IMG/VR virus record: IMGVR_UViG_2698536372_000020
Direction: 5' to 3' (one strand)
DNA: 27,678 nt
Source of the DNA: a virus
Taxonomy: Duplodnaviria > Heunggongvirae > Uroviricota > Caudoviricetes
Each line of letters begins with the position of its first letter. The first letter of the stretch is position 1. Of the stretch, positions 1 through 9,408 are shown one piece after another. The notes below the pieces were generated by a model. The model saw only the letters and a list, made by a program, of their open reading frames with translations, was not told the origin of the DNA and ran no database searches. A program made the translations under genes and the position numbers.

Positions 1-1178
1 TTCAGGGCGCTGAAGCTGTAGCGGAACGGCGCGCCATCATCCGGCATCACCACATTACTGCGGTTATAGGTCCACGCCTTATCCGACGGTCGGTTCTGCA
101 CGAACGTCAGCGTCTGCCCGTTCCATACCGGCATACAGCGCATCGCCGAGCAGAAATCACTGAGAACGTCCCACGCCTTGCGCTGTGTGGTCAGGTACGC
201 ATTACAGGTGATGCGCGGCTCCGTGCCGCCAAAGCCGTCCGGCACTGACTGGTCGCAATTCTGGCCGATGACATACAGCGCCCATTTATCCACATCCGCC
301 GCACCAAGACGTTTCCCCATGCCGTAGCGCGGATGGGTAAGCATATCCCACAGACACCAGGCCATGTTGTTGCTGTATGCCGGTTTTAACGTTCCGTCCC
401 AGATACCGCTGTATTGTCGCGTCTGCGGGTTATAATTCGACGGCACCTGCAGAATACGCCCGCGCAGATGATAATTACGGCTCACCTGCTGGCTGCCGAA
501 CTGCTCCGAATCCACCTGTACGCCGACCAGTGCCGTGTTCGGGTAGCACTGTTTCACATCGATGATTTCGGTGTATGACGACCAGAGCGTTTTGTTCTGC
601 AGCTGGTCTGTGGTGCTGTCCGGCGTCATCCTGCGCATCCGGATACTGAACGGGCGCGGCGGCAGGTTATCCACCACCACAGAGGCCAGATACTGCGAGG
701 TGGTTTTGCCTTTAATGGTGATGTCTTTTTCCGTCACCCAGCCACCGTTACGTTGTATCTGAACCAGCAGGCGGACTTCCGATGGATTCCTGTCCCCCTT
801 TGAGGTGGTTTCCACCAGTGCCTGCACACCGAAGGTAAAGCGCAGACGGTCGATGTTTGCCGACGTGATGGTCCGGGTGATCGGCGTGTCGTATTTCACT
901 TCCGTCCCCAGCACCGTCTCGGATCCGGAGGATTCAAATCCCTCCGGCGGTGTCTGCTCCTGCTCACCGGCCCGGAACACCACCGTGACGCCGGAGATGT
1001 TGGTATTCCCCTCAGTGTCCAGCACTGGCGTACTGTTCAGCAGCACGCTTTTTAATCCATCCACCGGACCTTCAATCGGCCCTTCGCTGATGGCATCGAT
1101 CACACTCAGCAACTGCGTGGACTTCAGGTTGTCCTTCGCTTCGCGCGGAGTATGCCCCTTACTGCTGCCTTTACCCAT
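1..1178 (-). CDS. J: Host specificity / central tail fibre protein J, N-terminal part only; the gene runs off the window start
   Basis: Reverse-complement translation from ATG at 1178 reads MGKGSSKGHTPREAKDNLKSTQ... with no stop before position 1; the window edge reads ...PFRYSFSAL. Matches the lambda J N-terminus as I recall it. Not in the ORF track because it has no stop. Confidence 0.85.
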   Translation of the reverse strand, partial: MGKGSSKGHTPREAKDNLKSTQLLSVIDAISEGPIEGPVDGLKSVLLNSTPVLDTEGNTNISGVTVVFRAGEQEQTPPEGFESSGSETVLGTEVKYDTPITRTITSANIDRLRFTFGVQALVETTSKGDRNPSEVRLLVQIQRNGGWVTEKDITIKGKTTSQYLASVVVDNLPPRPFSIRMRRMTPDSTTDQLQNKTLWSSYTEIIDVKQCYPNTALVGVQVDSEQFGSQQVSRNYHLRGRILQVPSNYNPQTRQYSGIWDGTLKPAYSNNMAWCLWDMLTHPRYGMGKRLGAADVDKWALYVIGQNCDQSVPDGFGGTEPRITCNAYLTTQRKAWDVLSDFCSAMRCMPVWNGQTLTFVQNRPSDKAWTYNRSNVVMPDDGAPFRYSFSAL

Positions 1179-1200
1179 TCCTAACGCTCCATAAACGACA

Positions 1201-1220
1201 AAACCGCCCGGAGGCGGTTT
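1201..1220 (-). other. Stem-loop in the I-J intergenic spacer (8-bp stem aaaccgcc / ggcggttt, 4-nt loop); possible attenuator
   Basis: Perfect inverted repeat read directly; on the minus strand it is followed by a moderately T-rich stretch just before the J start. Confidence 0.3.
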
Positions 1221-1238
1221 CACATAAAACGTTTTTCA

Positions 1239-1886
1239 TCAGCGACCAATCACTACAACCTGACCACCATCCCCTTCGTCTGCCGTGCTGATCTCCTGAG
1301 AGACCACCCGCGACCCCACGCGCATTTCACCGTACAGAACGGGCAGAACATTGCCCTGGGCAACCATGTTATCCAGTGAGGAGAAATAGGTGTTCTGTTT
1401 GCCGTTATCTGTACTTGCTGCCGTGGGCGTCCTGGCTTTCGGTGCCAGCATCTGCGCCACTCCGCCCAGGATCATACTGGCCCCTGCCGCATACATGCCC
1501 GATACAGCCGCGGCACCCAGCCAGCCCACAGGGTTCCACCATGCCACCGCAATCAGCGCCGCCCCCAGCACCACCTGAAACACACCGCCACTTTTAGCTC
1601 CCGCCAGACGCGGCACGATGTGGATCACGGCACCATTTGCCAGCGGCTCATTAAGACGGGCAGACAATTCGGTTTCACCTGCATCACGCCCGGCAATGCG
1701 TACCTGGTACCAGCCGTCGCTCAGTTTCTGACGAAACGCCGGGATCTGCATGGCCAGCGCCCGGATGGCTTCAGACCCCGTTTTCACTCGAAGGTCGATG
1801 CGGCGGCCAAATCGTTGTAAATCCCCGTAAAGGCAGATGCGTGCCATGCCCGGTGACGCCAGAGGGAGTGTGTGCGTCGCTGCCAT
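1239..1886 (-). CDS. I: Tail assembly protein I
   Basis: 215-aa ORF starting MAATHTLPLASPGMARICLYGDLQRFGRRIDLRVKTG and ending SQEISTADEGDGGQVVVIGR; closely matches lambda gpI as recalled. Sits between K and J as in lambda. Confidence 0.9.
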   Translation of the reverse strand: MAATHTLPLASPGMARICLYGDLQRFGRRIDLRVKTGSEAIRALAMQIPAFRQKLSDGWYQVRIAGRDAGETELSARLNEPLANGAVIHIVPRLAGAKSGGVFQVVLGAALIAVAWWNPVGWLGAAAVSGMYAAGASMILGGVAQMLAPKARTPTAASTDNGKQNTYFSSLDNMVAQGNVLPVLYGEMRVGSRVVSQEISTADEGDGGQVVVIGR

Positions 1887-2527
1887 TTGTCGGTATACCT
1901 CTCTCGTTTACTCAGTTGTTCAGGAATATGGTGCAGCAGCTCACCGTCGCCGCAGTAAATGGCGGCATGATTCGGCACCGATGAACCAAAACAGCACAGC
2001 AGCACATCGCCCGGTTGTGCTGATGACAACGCCACCTGATACAGCCCTGTGGCCTCCAGATTATCCAGATAGAGATTCTGACCGTTACGCCACCAGTCAT
2101 CCCCGCGATGAAAATCCGGCATCTCAATCCCCGCCAGATGATAAGCATCCCGGAACAGCGTGTAACAGTCCGTCACCCCGTGCTCAAAGCGCCGCCCGGT
2201 GAGATGCGGCACACAGCGGAACTTGTGAATCGCCCCCCGGCAGACCAGCCACCACGGCAAATCACTCTGCACCTGCAGCCGCCGGTCAGCCTCACTCAGC
2301 CAGGGCAGACCACCGGGATGACTGTGGACCAGTGCCACAATCTCACCCTGCATCTCTGCCTGCAGCCAGTCCTCCGGAGCCATCCGGAAATAATCCTCCG
2401 GCTCACCGGAAATATTCACGCAGGGAAAATATCTTTCCCCCTCCGGCGCTCTCACCACGAAGCCGCACGACTCCGCTGGCGCACATCGCCGGGCGTGCGC
2501 CAGAATCGCTGATTCTGTCTCTGTCAT
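1784..2527 (-). CDS. K: Tail assembly protein K (JAMM/MPN-like motif HSHPGG plus NlpC/P60-like C-terminal region)
   Basis: Start placed at internal ATG 2527 (MTETESAILAHARRC...), 4 nt after the L stop. The track ORF start at 2569 would overlap L. The 3' end overlaps the I start by about 100 nt. Confidence 0.8.
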   Translation of the reverse strand: MTETESAILAHARRCAPAESCGFVVRAPEGERYFPCVNISGEPEDYFRMAPEDWLQAEMQGEIVALVHSHPGGLPWLSEADRRLQVQSDLPWWLVCRGAIHKFRCVPHLTGRRFEHGVTDCYTLFRDAYHLAGIEMPDFHRGDDWWRNGQNLYLDNLEATGLYQVALSSAQPGDVLLCCFGSSVPNHAAIYCGDGELLHHIPEQLSKRERYTDKWQRRTHSLWRHRAWHASAFTGIYNDLAAASTFE

Positions 2528-2531
2528 GGGA

Positions 2532-3230
2532 TTACTGCGAAAGTTTGTTAATGGAAAGGAAGCCGCCAAAGTTGCCGACGTTATTGCGAAACTTACAGCC
2601 GCTCAGGCATTTGCTGCATTTATCCTTCGTGATATCGGACGTCGGCTGGTCATATTCATCCGCGACTGCCGGACCGTGATAACCGCACTCATCACCGCGA
2701 TAGGTCCAGGTGCAGGTGTTGGCCAGCATGATACGTCCCGGAAAAACAGCGCCGTCCGTTTCCGTCGGCGTGGACAGTACAAAAGAGGCACTCACCGCGC
2801 TCAGTTCGCTGCACTGCTCAATGCGCCAGCGGCTGATCACCTCCTGCTCCGGATCGGCGTCACTGTTTCCGTTGACGAAGTTCACCGCATCCAGAAAACG
2901 GGCGTAAACCTTACGCCGGACCACCGTTCCGCCGACCAGACTCTGCAGATCTTCCGCCATCCCGGTGACCATACCGTACAGGTTAGAAACCGTCAGTGTC
3001 GGACGGGCAGCACTGCCCTTGCCGTTCAGTTCAAATCCCGTCCCCTGAATGGGGTATACCTGATACTGCCGCCCCTGCCAGATAACCGGCTCACCTTTTT
3101 CGTTCTGCTCATTACAGAAAAAATAACGTTCACCACCGACCTCTGTCAGATCGATTTCCCAGAGCACCACCTGGGCTGACTGAGTGAGGCGTGTCGTCTC
3201 ATGATGTGTTTCCTGTGGAATATCCTGCAT
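2532..3230 (-). CDS. L: Minor tail protein L
   Basis: 232-aa ORF (MQDIPQETHHETTRLTQSAQVVLWEIDLTEVGGERYFFCNEQNEKGEP...), near-identical in length and sequence to lambda gpL as recalled. Confidence 0.9.
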   Translation of the reverse strand: MQDIPQETHHETTRLTQSAQVVLWEIDLTEVGGERYFFCNEQNEKGEPVIWQGRQYQVYPIQGTGFELNGKGSAARPTLTVSNLYGMVTGMAEDLQSLVGGTVVRRKVYARFLDAVNFVNGNSDADPEQEVISRWRIEQCSELSAVSASFVLSTPTETDGAVFPGRIMLANTCTWTYRGDECGYHGPAVADEYDQPTSDITKDKCSKCLSGCKFRNNVGNFGGFLSINKLSQ

Positions 3231-3239
3231 CAGAGCCTC

Positions 3240-3569
3240 CTATGCCACGACCTGTTCAAAATCTGCCGTTATGGTTACCCACAGCGCCCCCACGCTTGCC
3301 GACCATTTACGACAAACCACCCTGATCGGTTTCCAGTCATAAGGTGGCGTCCACTGAAATGCACGGACGCCACCGTGCCGTTCCAGAAAGGCTTTTAAAG
3401 ATGGGTGGTCACATTTACGAACACGTATCGTCACGCTGTAAGTCGACAACTGGTTATTCAGTCCCGCCGCACGACGCTGTTCATAACCATCGCCCAGCTT
3501 CACTGTCACCACTTTCGGCTCTGATACCACATTCATATCCGGGCGCACTTTCCAGTGAAACGTCTCCAT
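3240..3569 (-). CDS. M: Minor tail protein M
   Basis: 109-aa ORF (METFHWKVRPDMNVVSEPKVVTVKLGDGYEQRRAAGL...), same size and position as lambda gpM; its start overlaps the H stop at 3569. Confidence 0.88.
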   Translation of the reverse strand: METFHWKVRPDMNVVSEPKVVTVKLGDGYEQRRAAGLNNQLSTYSVTIRVRKCDHPSLKAFLERHGGVRAFQWTPPYDWKPIRVVCRKWSASVGALWVTITADFEQVVA

Positions 3570-6500
3570 TACCGATATGCTCCACTTAACCGACCACCAT
3601 CACGGGCCTGCTGTTGCATAAAGTCCGCTGCCGCTTTTTTCCCGAGGTCATAAACCGCCTTCAGGGCAGCCGGACCTATCTGCCCGTTCGTGCCATCGTT
3701 ATTGATCTCGATGTTGTACTGCGGGGAAAACATCGCCATACCTGACCCCCCAATATCCGCCACAACCCCCAGCTTACCGTCAGCACCACGACGCAATGGC
3801 AGAATGGCTTCAGGTCCCGCTTCCCCCATCACACCCGCGCCTTTTGCAAAAGCAAAAAACGTCGGACGGTTAACCACCGTGCCACTGTAACGACTCAAAT
3901 CAGCAGACTGATAAATCCCCCCATTGGCATTCAGGGAAAGGCTGCTGAGATCAAATCCCAGTACACTGCCAATCCCTTTTATCGATTTCATCATGGTTGC
4001 CTGCGCCAGGATTTTCGCCATATCTGACAGCACAGAAGAGGTGAAGGATTTGAAATTGAGTTTGCCGGTAGTGACAAAAGTTGCCAGGCCATTTCCCATG
4101 TTGCTGAAGGCTGACGAGAACACCTGTTCTGCTGTTTCTGCCGTATTATCTGCATCCACGGTAAAATCCTGAAATGCACGCAGGACTCCGTTTTTCCAGT
4201 TACCCTGCACAACTTCAAGCTGTTGCCAGTAACGGCGATTCTCATTCAGTTGTCGGTTCAGGCTCTCCGTCAGCGCCTGCTCGGCCTTTCTGTAGTCATC
4301 CGTGTTATATGTCCCTTTCTGCTCACTATCCCGCCTCAACTGCTCCAGCTGTTGCTGGTATTTCTGGCGAAGACTCAGTTGTACCTGATATCGCTGTCGC
4401 TGCTGATCACCCATACCCACCGTGGCGATATCCAGGTCATGTTGCTGACGCTGAGCGCGCTCTTCTTCAGCCAGTTGACTGGTCAGCTGAATTGTTTTTT
4501 TCTTCAGCTCGTTGAGTGCCGTCTGTTTCTGAAGCTCCTGCTGTTTTACATCCAGCAGCGTCAGTGCCTGAATCAGTTCATCTTTACGGGCCAGCACACT
4601 CTTTTCATCTGCCGTCAGTTTTTTCCCGTCCAGGTCGCTGATGCGCTGCTGCAGAGCCAGAAGCTGTTTATGCGCTTCTGTCATCCTTTCCGTGGCAATG
4701 CCTGCTGACTGTCTGGCAGCAGCAATCTGTCCTTCCACCTGTGCCTGTTGCTGACTGTACTGCAGCAATAACCGGGTGGCCTCATCATTACGGGTTTCGC
4801 GTGTTTTTTTCTTACCGGATGCCAGGGCTTTCTCGTAACGTTCATTTTCACGTTGTATCGCCGCATCCCTGACAGCCTGATCGGCGTACTGCATGGCATT
4901 AATACGCGCAATTTCACGCTGATGTCGTGCTGCTTCCGTTTCATTCATCCGGTTCAGTGCAGCATTTTCAGCATTACGGCGTTTCTGTTGCTCCTGATAA
5001 TTCCGCTCTGCCTGCTCTTTTGCATCCTGCAAATCCTTCTGGCGTTTTTTCTCCTGAAGATCGTTAAGACGCTGCTGATCGTATTCAACCTGAGAAGATG
5101 ATGCCGTCCAGGGGAGTCTTTTCGCCCGCGACACTTTCTCCTGTAAAGCGGCAATCTGTTCATCCAGCGAGTCTTCACGACCAATATTCATGGCCGCATC
5201 CCAGAAACGACTCCACAAATCAGACAGATACTTCAGCGTACTGCCAAGCGCATTGAGGTTATTATCAATATCCGCAGTACGCCGACCGGTTTCCTCTGCC
5301 AGTGCAGACATGGCTATCCGTGCAGCATCACTGGACCGCCCCTGCTCCCCAAGGACGCGTATCTGCTCAAGCTGAGTGGCAGTAAGAAAATGCAGCTCAT
5401 TGTCCAGAGCCTTCGCGGCATTTACAGGATCATCCTTCAGCCGCTTAAACTGATTTATGGTATCGCTGACCGACTGGCCAACCGATCGCTCCATCTGTGC
5501 GGCAACTCTCGCCACCATACCGATATCGTTTCCACGAAATGCACCACTCCCCACCACCTGAGCCAGCGCACCGGCTGCAGCATGTTGCGTGATACCATTC
5601 CCGGAAATAGCACGACTGAGCGTCCACAGCTGCCCGGCAGTGACTCCGGCATAATGCCCCGTCAGCGACAACTGGCGGTTAAATTCTTCCCCCTCCTTCT
5701 GACCGTCATACCAGGCTTTACCCAGACCATAGACGGCCGCGGCAATACCGCCAATAACCCCGCCAAGCATCATGCCTTTCGGTGACATCAGTGTGTCTAT
5801 CCATCCGGCACGGTTAGCCAGCGTTATCCCGGATCCCCTCAGCGCCCCTAAATTGCCGCGGGCCAGTTCACCTATCAGAACGCCTATCTCCTGGCGGGCT
5901 GCTGCACTTTTCAGACCCAGCGAATGCGTGGCTTTTCCTGCCTGCTCCATTTTGCGGATATACACTTCTGCAGCACTGCTTACCCCCAGCTGGGCTGCCT
6001 TAGCACGAAGCAACTCAGAAGATGAAAGATTCAGGCGGGTTGCCTGCTCTTTAAGCTGACGGATAAACGCCACTTTCTGTCGGGTAGCCTCTTCCTCAGC
6101 CTGTGTAAGAACACGGGTTTTCGCAGTAACCTCAGAAATCAGCGCCAGATAATCCTGCTGACCAATCCCGCCACTGTTTCTGGCCTGTCGGATCTGCTGC
6201 TGAATACGCTGTAATTCCTGCAGCCCCGCACTGGCCTGTTTCACACTGTCAATCTGACGATAAAACGCAGCAGCCGCTTTATCCTGAGCCTCCGCCAGAG
6301 CCATGGCCTGCGCCTGTTCCTCGCGCATTTTCTGGCTCAGTGCCTCCATGCGCTGGCGGGTTTTCTCCACCTCGCGGGCCATGCGTTCATGAGCCTGTGC
6401 GTTCTTCTCCACCGTCTGCGCATGGACGGATGCGGCTGTTGCAGCCGAAGAAGCTGCCTGCGTTGTCTGCCGGGCGGCCTGAGTCTGACGCTCCATAAAA

Positions 6501-6634
6501 CGCTGCATACGGGCAGAAGACCGTTCTGCATCGCTGGCTGCACCATTCAGAAGGTTTTTGATACGGGGAATTTCATTTTTAAACTCTGCCGCATCAATCC
6601 CCAAATCAATGACCAGGTTGGCTATCTGGTCCAT
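3569..6634 (-). CDS. H: Tail tape measure protein H
   Basis: Long coiled-coil-rich ORF; C-terminus NNDGTNGQIGPAALKAVYDLGKKAAADFMQQQARDGG matches the lambda gpH C-terminus. Start placed at ATG 6634 (MDQIANLVIDLGIDAAEF), preceded by GGAGGTG; the track start is 6664. Confidence 0.88.
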   Translation of the reverse strand: MDQIANLVIDLGIDAAEFKNEIPRIKNLLNGAASDAERSSARMQRFMERQTQAARQTTQAASSAATAASVHAQTVEKNAQAHERMAREVEKTRQRMEALSQKMREEQAQAMALAEAQDKAAAAFYRQIDSVKQASAGLQELQRIQQQIRQARNSGGIGQQDYLALISEVTAKTRVLTQAEEEATRQKVAFIRQLKEQATRLNLSSSELLRAKAAQLGVSSAAEVYIRKMEQAGKATHSLGLKSAAARQEIGVLIGELARGNLGALRGSGITLANRAGWIDTLMSPKGMMLGGVIGGIAAAVYGLGKAWYDGQKEGEEFNRQLSLTGHYAGVTAGQLWTLSRAISGNGITQHAAAGALAQVVGSGAFRGNDIGMVARVAAQMERSVGQSVSDTINQFKRLKDDPVNAAKALDNELHFLTATQLEQIRVLGEQGRSSDAARIAMSALAEETGRRTADIDNNLNALGSTLKYLSDLWSRFWDAAMNIGREDSLDEQIAALQEKVSRAKRLPWTASSSQVEYDQQRLNDLQEKKRQKDLQDAKEQAERNYQEQQKRRNAENAALNRMNETEAARHQREIARINAMQYADQAVRDAAIQRENERYEKALASGKKKTRETRNDEATRLLLQYSQQQAQVEGQIAAARQSAGIATERMTEAHKQLLALQQRISDLDGKKLTADEKSVLARKDELIQALTLLDVKQQELQKQTALNELKKKTIQLTSQLAEEERAQRQQHDLDIATVGMGDQQRQRYQVQLSLRQKYQQQLEQLRRDSEQKGTYNTDDYRKAEQALTESLNRQLNENRRYWQQLEVVQGNWKNGVLRAFQDFTVDADNTAETAEQVFSSAFSNMGNGLATFVTTGKLNFKSFTSSVLSDMAKILAQATMMKSIKGIGSVLGFDLSSLSLNANGGIYQSADLSRYSGTVVNRPTFFAFAKGAGVMGEAGPEAILPLRRGADGKLGVVADIGGSGMAMFSPQYNIEINNDGTNGQIGPAALKAVYDLGKKAAADFMQQQARDGGRLSGAYR

Positions 6635-6958
6635 AACGCACACCTCCGGAAATACCTTCCCCAAGATGCATCAGTTCTTCGTCCGTTCGCTCCGGTATCC
6701 CGTTCTCTTCCGGTAAAAGGCTGAAATCAGCCACCGCAGCATCACTGCTGCCGGACACCATTCTCACGATCAATGCCTTCAGCGAGGCAAACTGCGCATC
6801 CATCCACACATCACTGAAGCTCTGCATCCGGAAATAATCGCCCCACTCACCAAGCTCAGTGGCCGACATTTCCGACAGCATCCGCCGCCAGTCTGCCCGC
6901 CGGAACTCCCGGGCAAGCCGCATGACAAACTGCATTTCCCGCGTCAGGACTTTTCCGG
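6606..6958 (-). CDS. T: T-frame part of the G-T tail assembly chaperone, predicted to be made as a G-T fusion by -1 frameshift near the end of G
   Basis: The -1 frame relative to G is open from 6968 to 6606 and overlaps the last 8 codons of G. Same gene order (V, G, T, H) as lambda, where G-T is made by programmed frameshift. The exact slip position is not established. Confidence 0.55.
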
Positions 6959-7333
6959 CGTCAGCGCCTCATGCTCATCATCCACGGCATTATCAATGGC
7001 CCCCATACCGCTCAGCGACAGAACCATCTCCGCCCCCGCACCCAGGGCATCATACGACCATGTTGTAATAACGGATGCGCAAAGCGTCTCTACATCCTTA
7101 GACTGATCCGCATTCCACAGTGAGCGGGAAACCAGCCAGGCATTGATATCCATCCCCATCCGCAGAAAAGCAATCTGTCGTTCAGCCTCCGGCAGTTCTC
7201 CCTCCCCGGCATCAAACTTTGCCGTTCGCTGCTGAACAAACGTCAGATATTCAATTCTCTGCAGCCCGGACAGCTCACTGAGCACCACGGACTGTTTTTC
7301 ATAATTAAACGTGTCCTGTTTCAGAAACATCAT
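6944..7333 (-). CDS. G: Tail assembly chaperone G
   Basis: Start placed at ATG 7333 (MMFLKQDTFNYEKQSVVLSELSGLQRIEYL...), preceded by GGTGGAG; resembles lambda gpG (…VTLSELSALQRIEHL…). The track start 7372 lacks an SD and crowds the V stop. Confidence 0.82.
   Translation of the reverse strand: MMFLKQDTFNYEKQSVVLSELSGLQRIEYLTFVQQRTAKFDAGEGELPEAERQIAFLRMGMDINAWLVSRSLWNADQSKDVETLCASVITTWSYDALGAGAEMVLSLSGMGAIDNAVDDEHEALTPEKS
6950..6958 (-). other. Candidate -1 frameshift (slippery) site for G-T, minus-strand CCGGAAAAG
   Basis: A-rich run 11 codons inside the open T-frame and just upstream of the G stop. It resembles but is not identical to the lambda heptamer GGGAAAG as I recall it. Confidence 0.4.
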
Positions 7334-7346
7334 GTTCTCCACCTGC

Positions 7347-7370
7347 AAAAAAGCCCCGAATAACCGGGGC
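7347..7370 (-). terminator. Intrinsic terminator/attenuator between major tail gene V and chaperone gene G
   Basis: Minus-strand GC stem GCCCCG / CGGGGC (6 bp, 6-nt loop) immediately followed by six T, lying between the V stop (7391) and G start (7333). Confidence 0.5.
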
Positions 7371-7390
7371 AAATGATGAGTATCGTCCTG

Positions 7391-8134
7391 TTAACCTGCT
7401 GCGCTGACAGTCACCGCAGTCACAGCCACAAAATTCCCGTCAGCGGTCATGCCCACAATGCTGACACTGCCCTGCTTCACGCCTTTTACCGTGGCCACAA
7501 GTCCGTTCAGGGTAACCGTGGCAGTCTGTGGATCTGACGAATGCACACTGATCGCTTTGTCACTGGCTCCGTCAGGTTTTACTGTAAAGGTCAGCGTGGT
7601 GGTTGCTCCCACTTTTACACTGGCAGACGCCGGTGATACTGTCAGCCCGGTAACGCTCACGGTTTCAGTGCCTTCCTCTGCCAGATACGGACGCCCCACA
7701 CCGCTGATTTTCACAGTGCGGGTCATCACGTCTTTTGAGGCAATGGTTTTACCCAGTGAGCTCAGCCAGCCACGGAAAACATCAACAGTGCCGTTGGGAT
7801 ATTTGATACGAAACGCGCAGACTTCACCGGAGTCGAACAACTGAACCAGTTTTTTCTGCCCGCTGTCACCCGGACGCCAGGCCAGCGTCGCCGAAGTATC
7901 ACCAACGGATTTCTGCCCCTGGGTTGTCGTTTTCCAGTCTGCATCTTCATCATCGAGATAAGTGTCATCTTCTGCATCAGCGGTCATTTCGCCAGGTTGC
8001 AGATCCTTCACCATCGCAAGACGCAGCCAGTCAGTGTCCGACAAAGGGTTCGCAAACGCATCGCCGTTGCCGGTATACATCCAGAACGTCGTCCCCGCAC
8101 CTTTCGTCTTTGCCAGTGGATTTGGTGTGGTCAT
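7391..8134 (-). CDS. V: Major tail protein V with C-terminal Ig-like (Big_2-type) domain
   Basis: Start placed at ATG 8134 (MTTPNPLAKTKGAGTTFWMY...), preceded by TAAGGAGGTGG. The C-terminal beta-rich repeat (VTVSPASASVKVGATTTLTFTVKPDG...) is typical of Ig-like tail domains. Confidence 0.85.
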   Translation of the reverse strand: MTTPNPLAKTKGAGTTFWMYTGNGDAFANPLSDTDWLRLAMVKDLQPGEMTADAEDDTYLDDEDADWKTTTQGQKSVGDTSATLAWRPGDSGQKKLVQLFDSGEVCAFRIKYPNGTVDVFRGWLSSLGKTIASKDVMTRTVKISGVGRPYLAEEGTETVSVTGLTVSPASASVKVGATTTLTFTVKPDGASDKAISVHSSDPQTATVTLNGLVATVKGVKQGSVSIVGMTADGNFVAVTAVTVSAAG

Positions 8135-8144
8135 TACCACCTCC

Positions 8145-8546
8145 TTAATTCGTGTACGTGATCTGGTACGTGATTTCCGCCATCGCCCAGGTGGCCATCT
8201 CATTATCACGTTGATAGTTAAAACCGAGTGGGATCAGGGTGTCGATGAGTCCGGAAAGTGCCGGTATATCATTCAGGGCAGGGAAAATGGTGCTCTCCAT
8301 CCACATATCCAGCTCTGAATCCGGTGCCTGTGCCCGGATGAAGACGGCAATATGCAGAACAGCCTGCCAGTCATCTTCATCCGTCATTTTTCCGGTGTAC
8401 TGAGCATCACTCAGCCACACCGCCACGGCAGGCAGTTCCTGCGCATCAATAAATGCCGGAAGCCCGTCAAAAAACGTGGCGCTGTCTCCACACTGTTCCC
8501 GAAGGCGTGCCAGTACGGCCTGGCGGATTTGTGTATGTCGGTTCAT
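8145..8546 (-). CDS. U: Tail terminator protein U
   Basis: From ATG 8546 (MNRHTQIRQAVLARL...ATFFDGLPAFIDAQELPAVAVWL...); aligns with lambda gpU (MKHTELRAAVLDAL...ATFFDGRPAVFDEADFPAVAVYL). ATGA overlap with the Z stop. Confidence 0.85.
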   Translation of the reverse strand: MNRHTQIRQAVLARLREQCGDSATFFDGLPAFIDAQELPAVAVWLSDAQYTGKMTDEDDWQAVLHIAVFIRAQAPDSELDMWMESTIFPALNDIPALSGLIDTLIPLGFNYQRDNEMATWAMAEITYQITYTN

Positions 8547-9121
8547 CGGGTCAGCCATAACCTCAGTTGTTGTTTTAGTGCATACCCCAGCTGTTTCGGC
8601 ATTTCCGCAGCAATGATGTGGTCGCGGGCATCTTCAAATGCCTGTGTCAGCGATCCGGACAGCGGGATTTTCACCACATCAATGGGGTAACGATTTTTGC
8701 CATCAATACGTCGCATCACATGCCAGCGACCATTCGCCAGTTGCTGAATAAACGCATCCCGGAAAAGATATTTACCCACCTTCAGCACACTGCCACGGTA
8801 CTGCAGTTTTCCACCACGCCGGGCCAGTCTGACCCGGGCTGTCCCCAGCTTAATGGCGGGCAGATTGCCCCGGTTAACGCGGATCCTGACCGTCATTTTT
8901 CCTGACGGACTGGCTTTAAACACCCGGACACGCTGACGTACCAGTTTCAGGGGGATCCCTTTCACCTGGTTATCTCCCGCAACGGTATTCCCGGCAACCT
9001 GCCGGGTGGCAACCGAGACCGCTTTCTGTGCCACACGGTTTATCGCCCATGCGCTGGCCTGTGGCACCATACGGGTATCAAGGCTGTTCAGATTGCGGAT
9101 GGCATTCTCAAGCCCCTTCAT
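8543..9121 (-). CDS. Z: Minor tail / tail completion protein Z
   Basis: 192-aa ORF (MKGLENAIRNLNSLDTRM...) in the lambda Z position, same length as lambda gpZ as recalled. Confidence 0.78.
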   Translation of the reverse strand: MKGLENAIRNLNSLDTRMVPQASAWAINRVAQKAVSVATRQVAGNTVAGDNQVKGIPLKLVRQRVRVFKASPSGKMTVRIRVNRGNLPAIKLGTARVRLARRGGKLQYRGSVLKVGKYLFRDAFIQQLANGRWHVMRRIDGKNRYPIDVVKIPLSGSLTQAFEDARDHIIAAEMPKQLGYALKQQLRLWLTR

Positions 9122-9132
9122 CCCACACCTCT

Positions 9133-9408
9133 TTACTCAATAAAGATCATTGGCTTACCGTTAAAACGTTCATGCCGTGTGACCGTCCATTGTTGTCCGT
9201 CATAAACAACGCGATCCCCGCGCCGTGGGCGGTATCCCGAAGAAAACACCACCAGAGAGACCGCAGGTCCGGACAGAGCATTCAGCTCTGCCAGTGTTTC
9301 TCCCGGGATCACAATCATATCGACATCATTAATCGAGGCTGTCTTTCCCATCTTTCTGACCGTGATCGCATCCATACGCGCTGCCAGCCGGGAAAAGGGA
9401 TCAGACAT
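9133..9408 (-). CDS. Head-tail joining / connector protein (FII-like position)
   Basis: 91-aa ORF (MSDPFSRLAARMDAITVRKMGK...DGQQWTVTRHERFNGKPMIFIE) between the capsid module and Z; assigned by position and general resemblance to small head-tail adaptor proteins. Confidence 0.55.
   Translation of the reverse strand: MSDPFSRLAARMDAITVRKMGKTASINDVDMIVIPGETLAELNALSGPAVSLVVFSSGYRPRRGDRVVYDGQQWTVTRHERFNGKPMIFIE

Noticed and set aside
1784-1886. About 100-nt overlap of K and I as a sign of a frameshift or pseudogene
   Set aside because: Both frames are intact with plausible starts and full-length lambda-like products; I believe K and I also overlap in lambda. No evidence of disruption.
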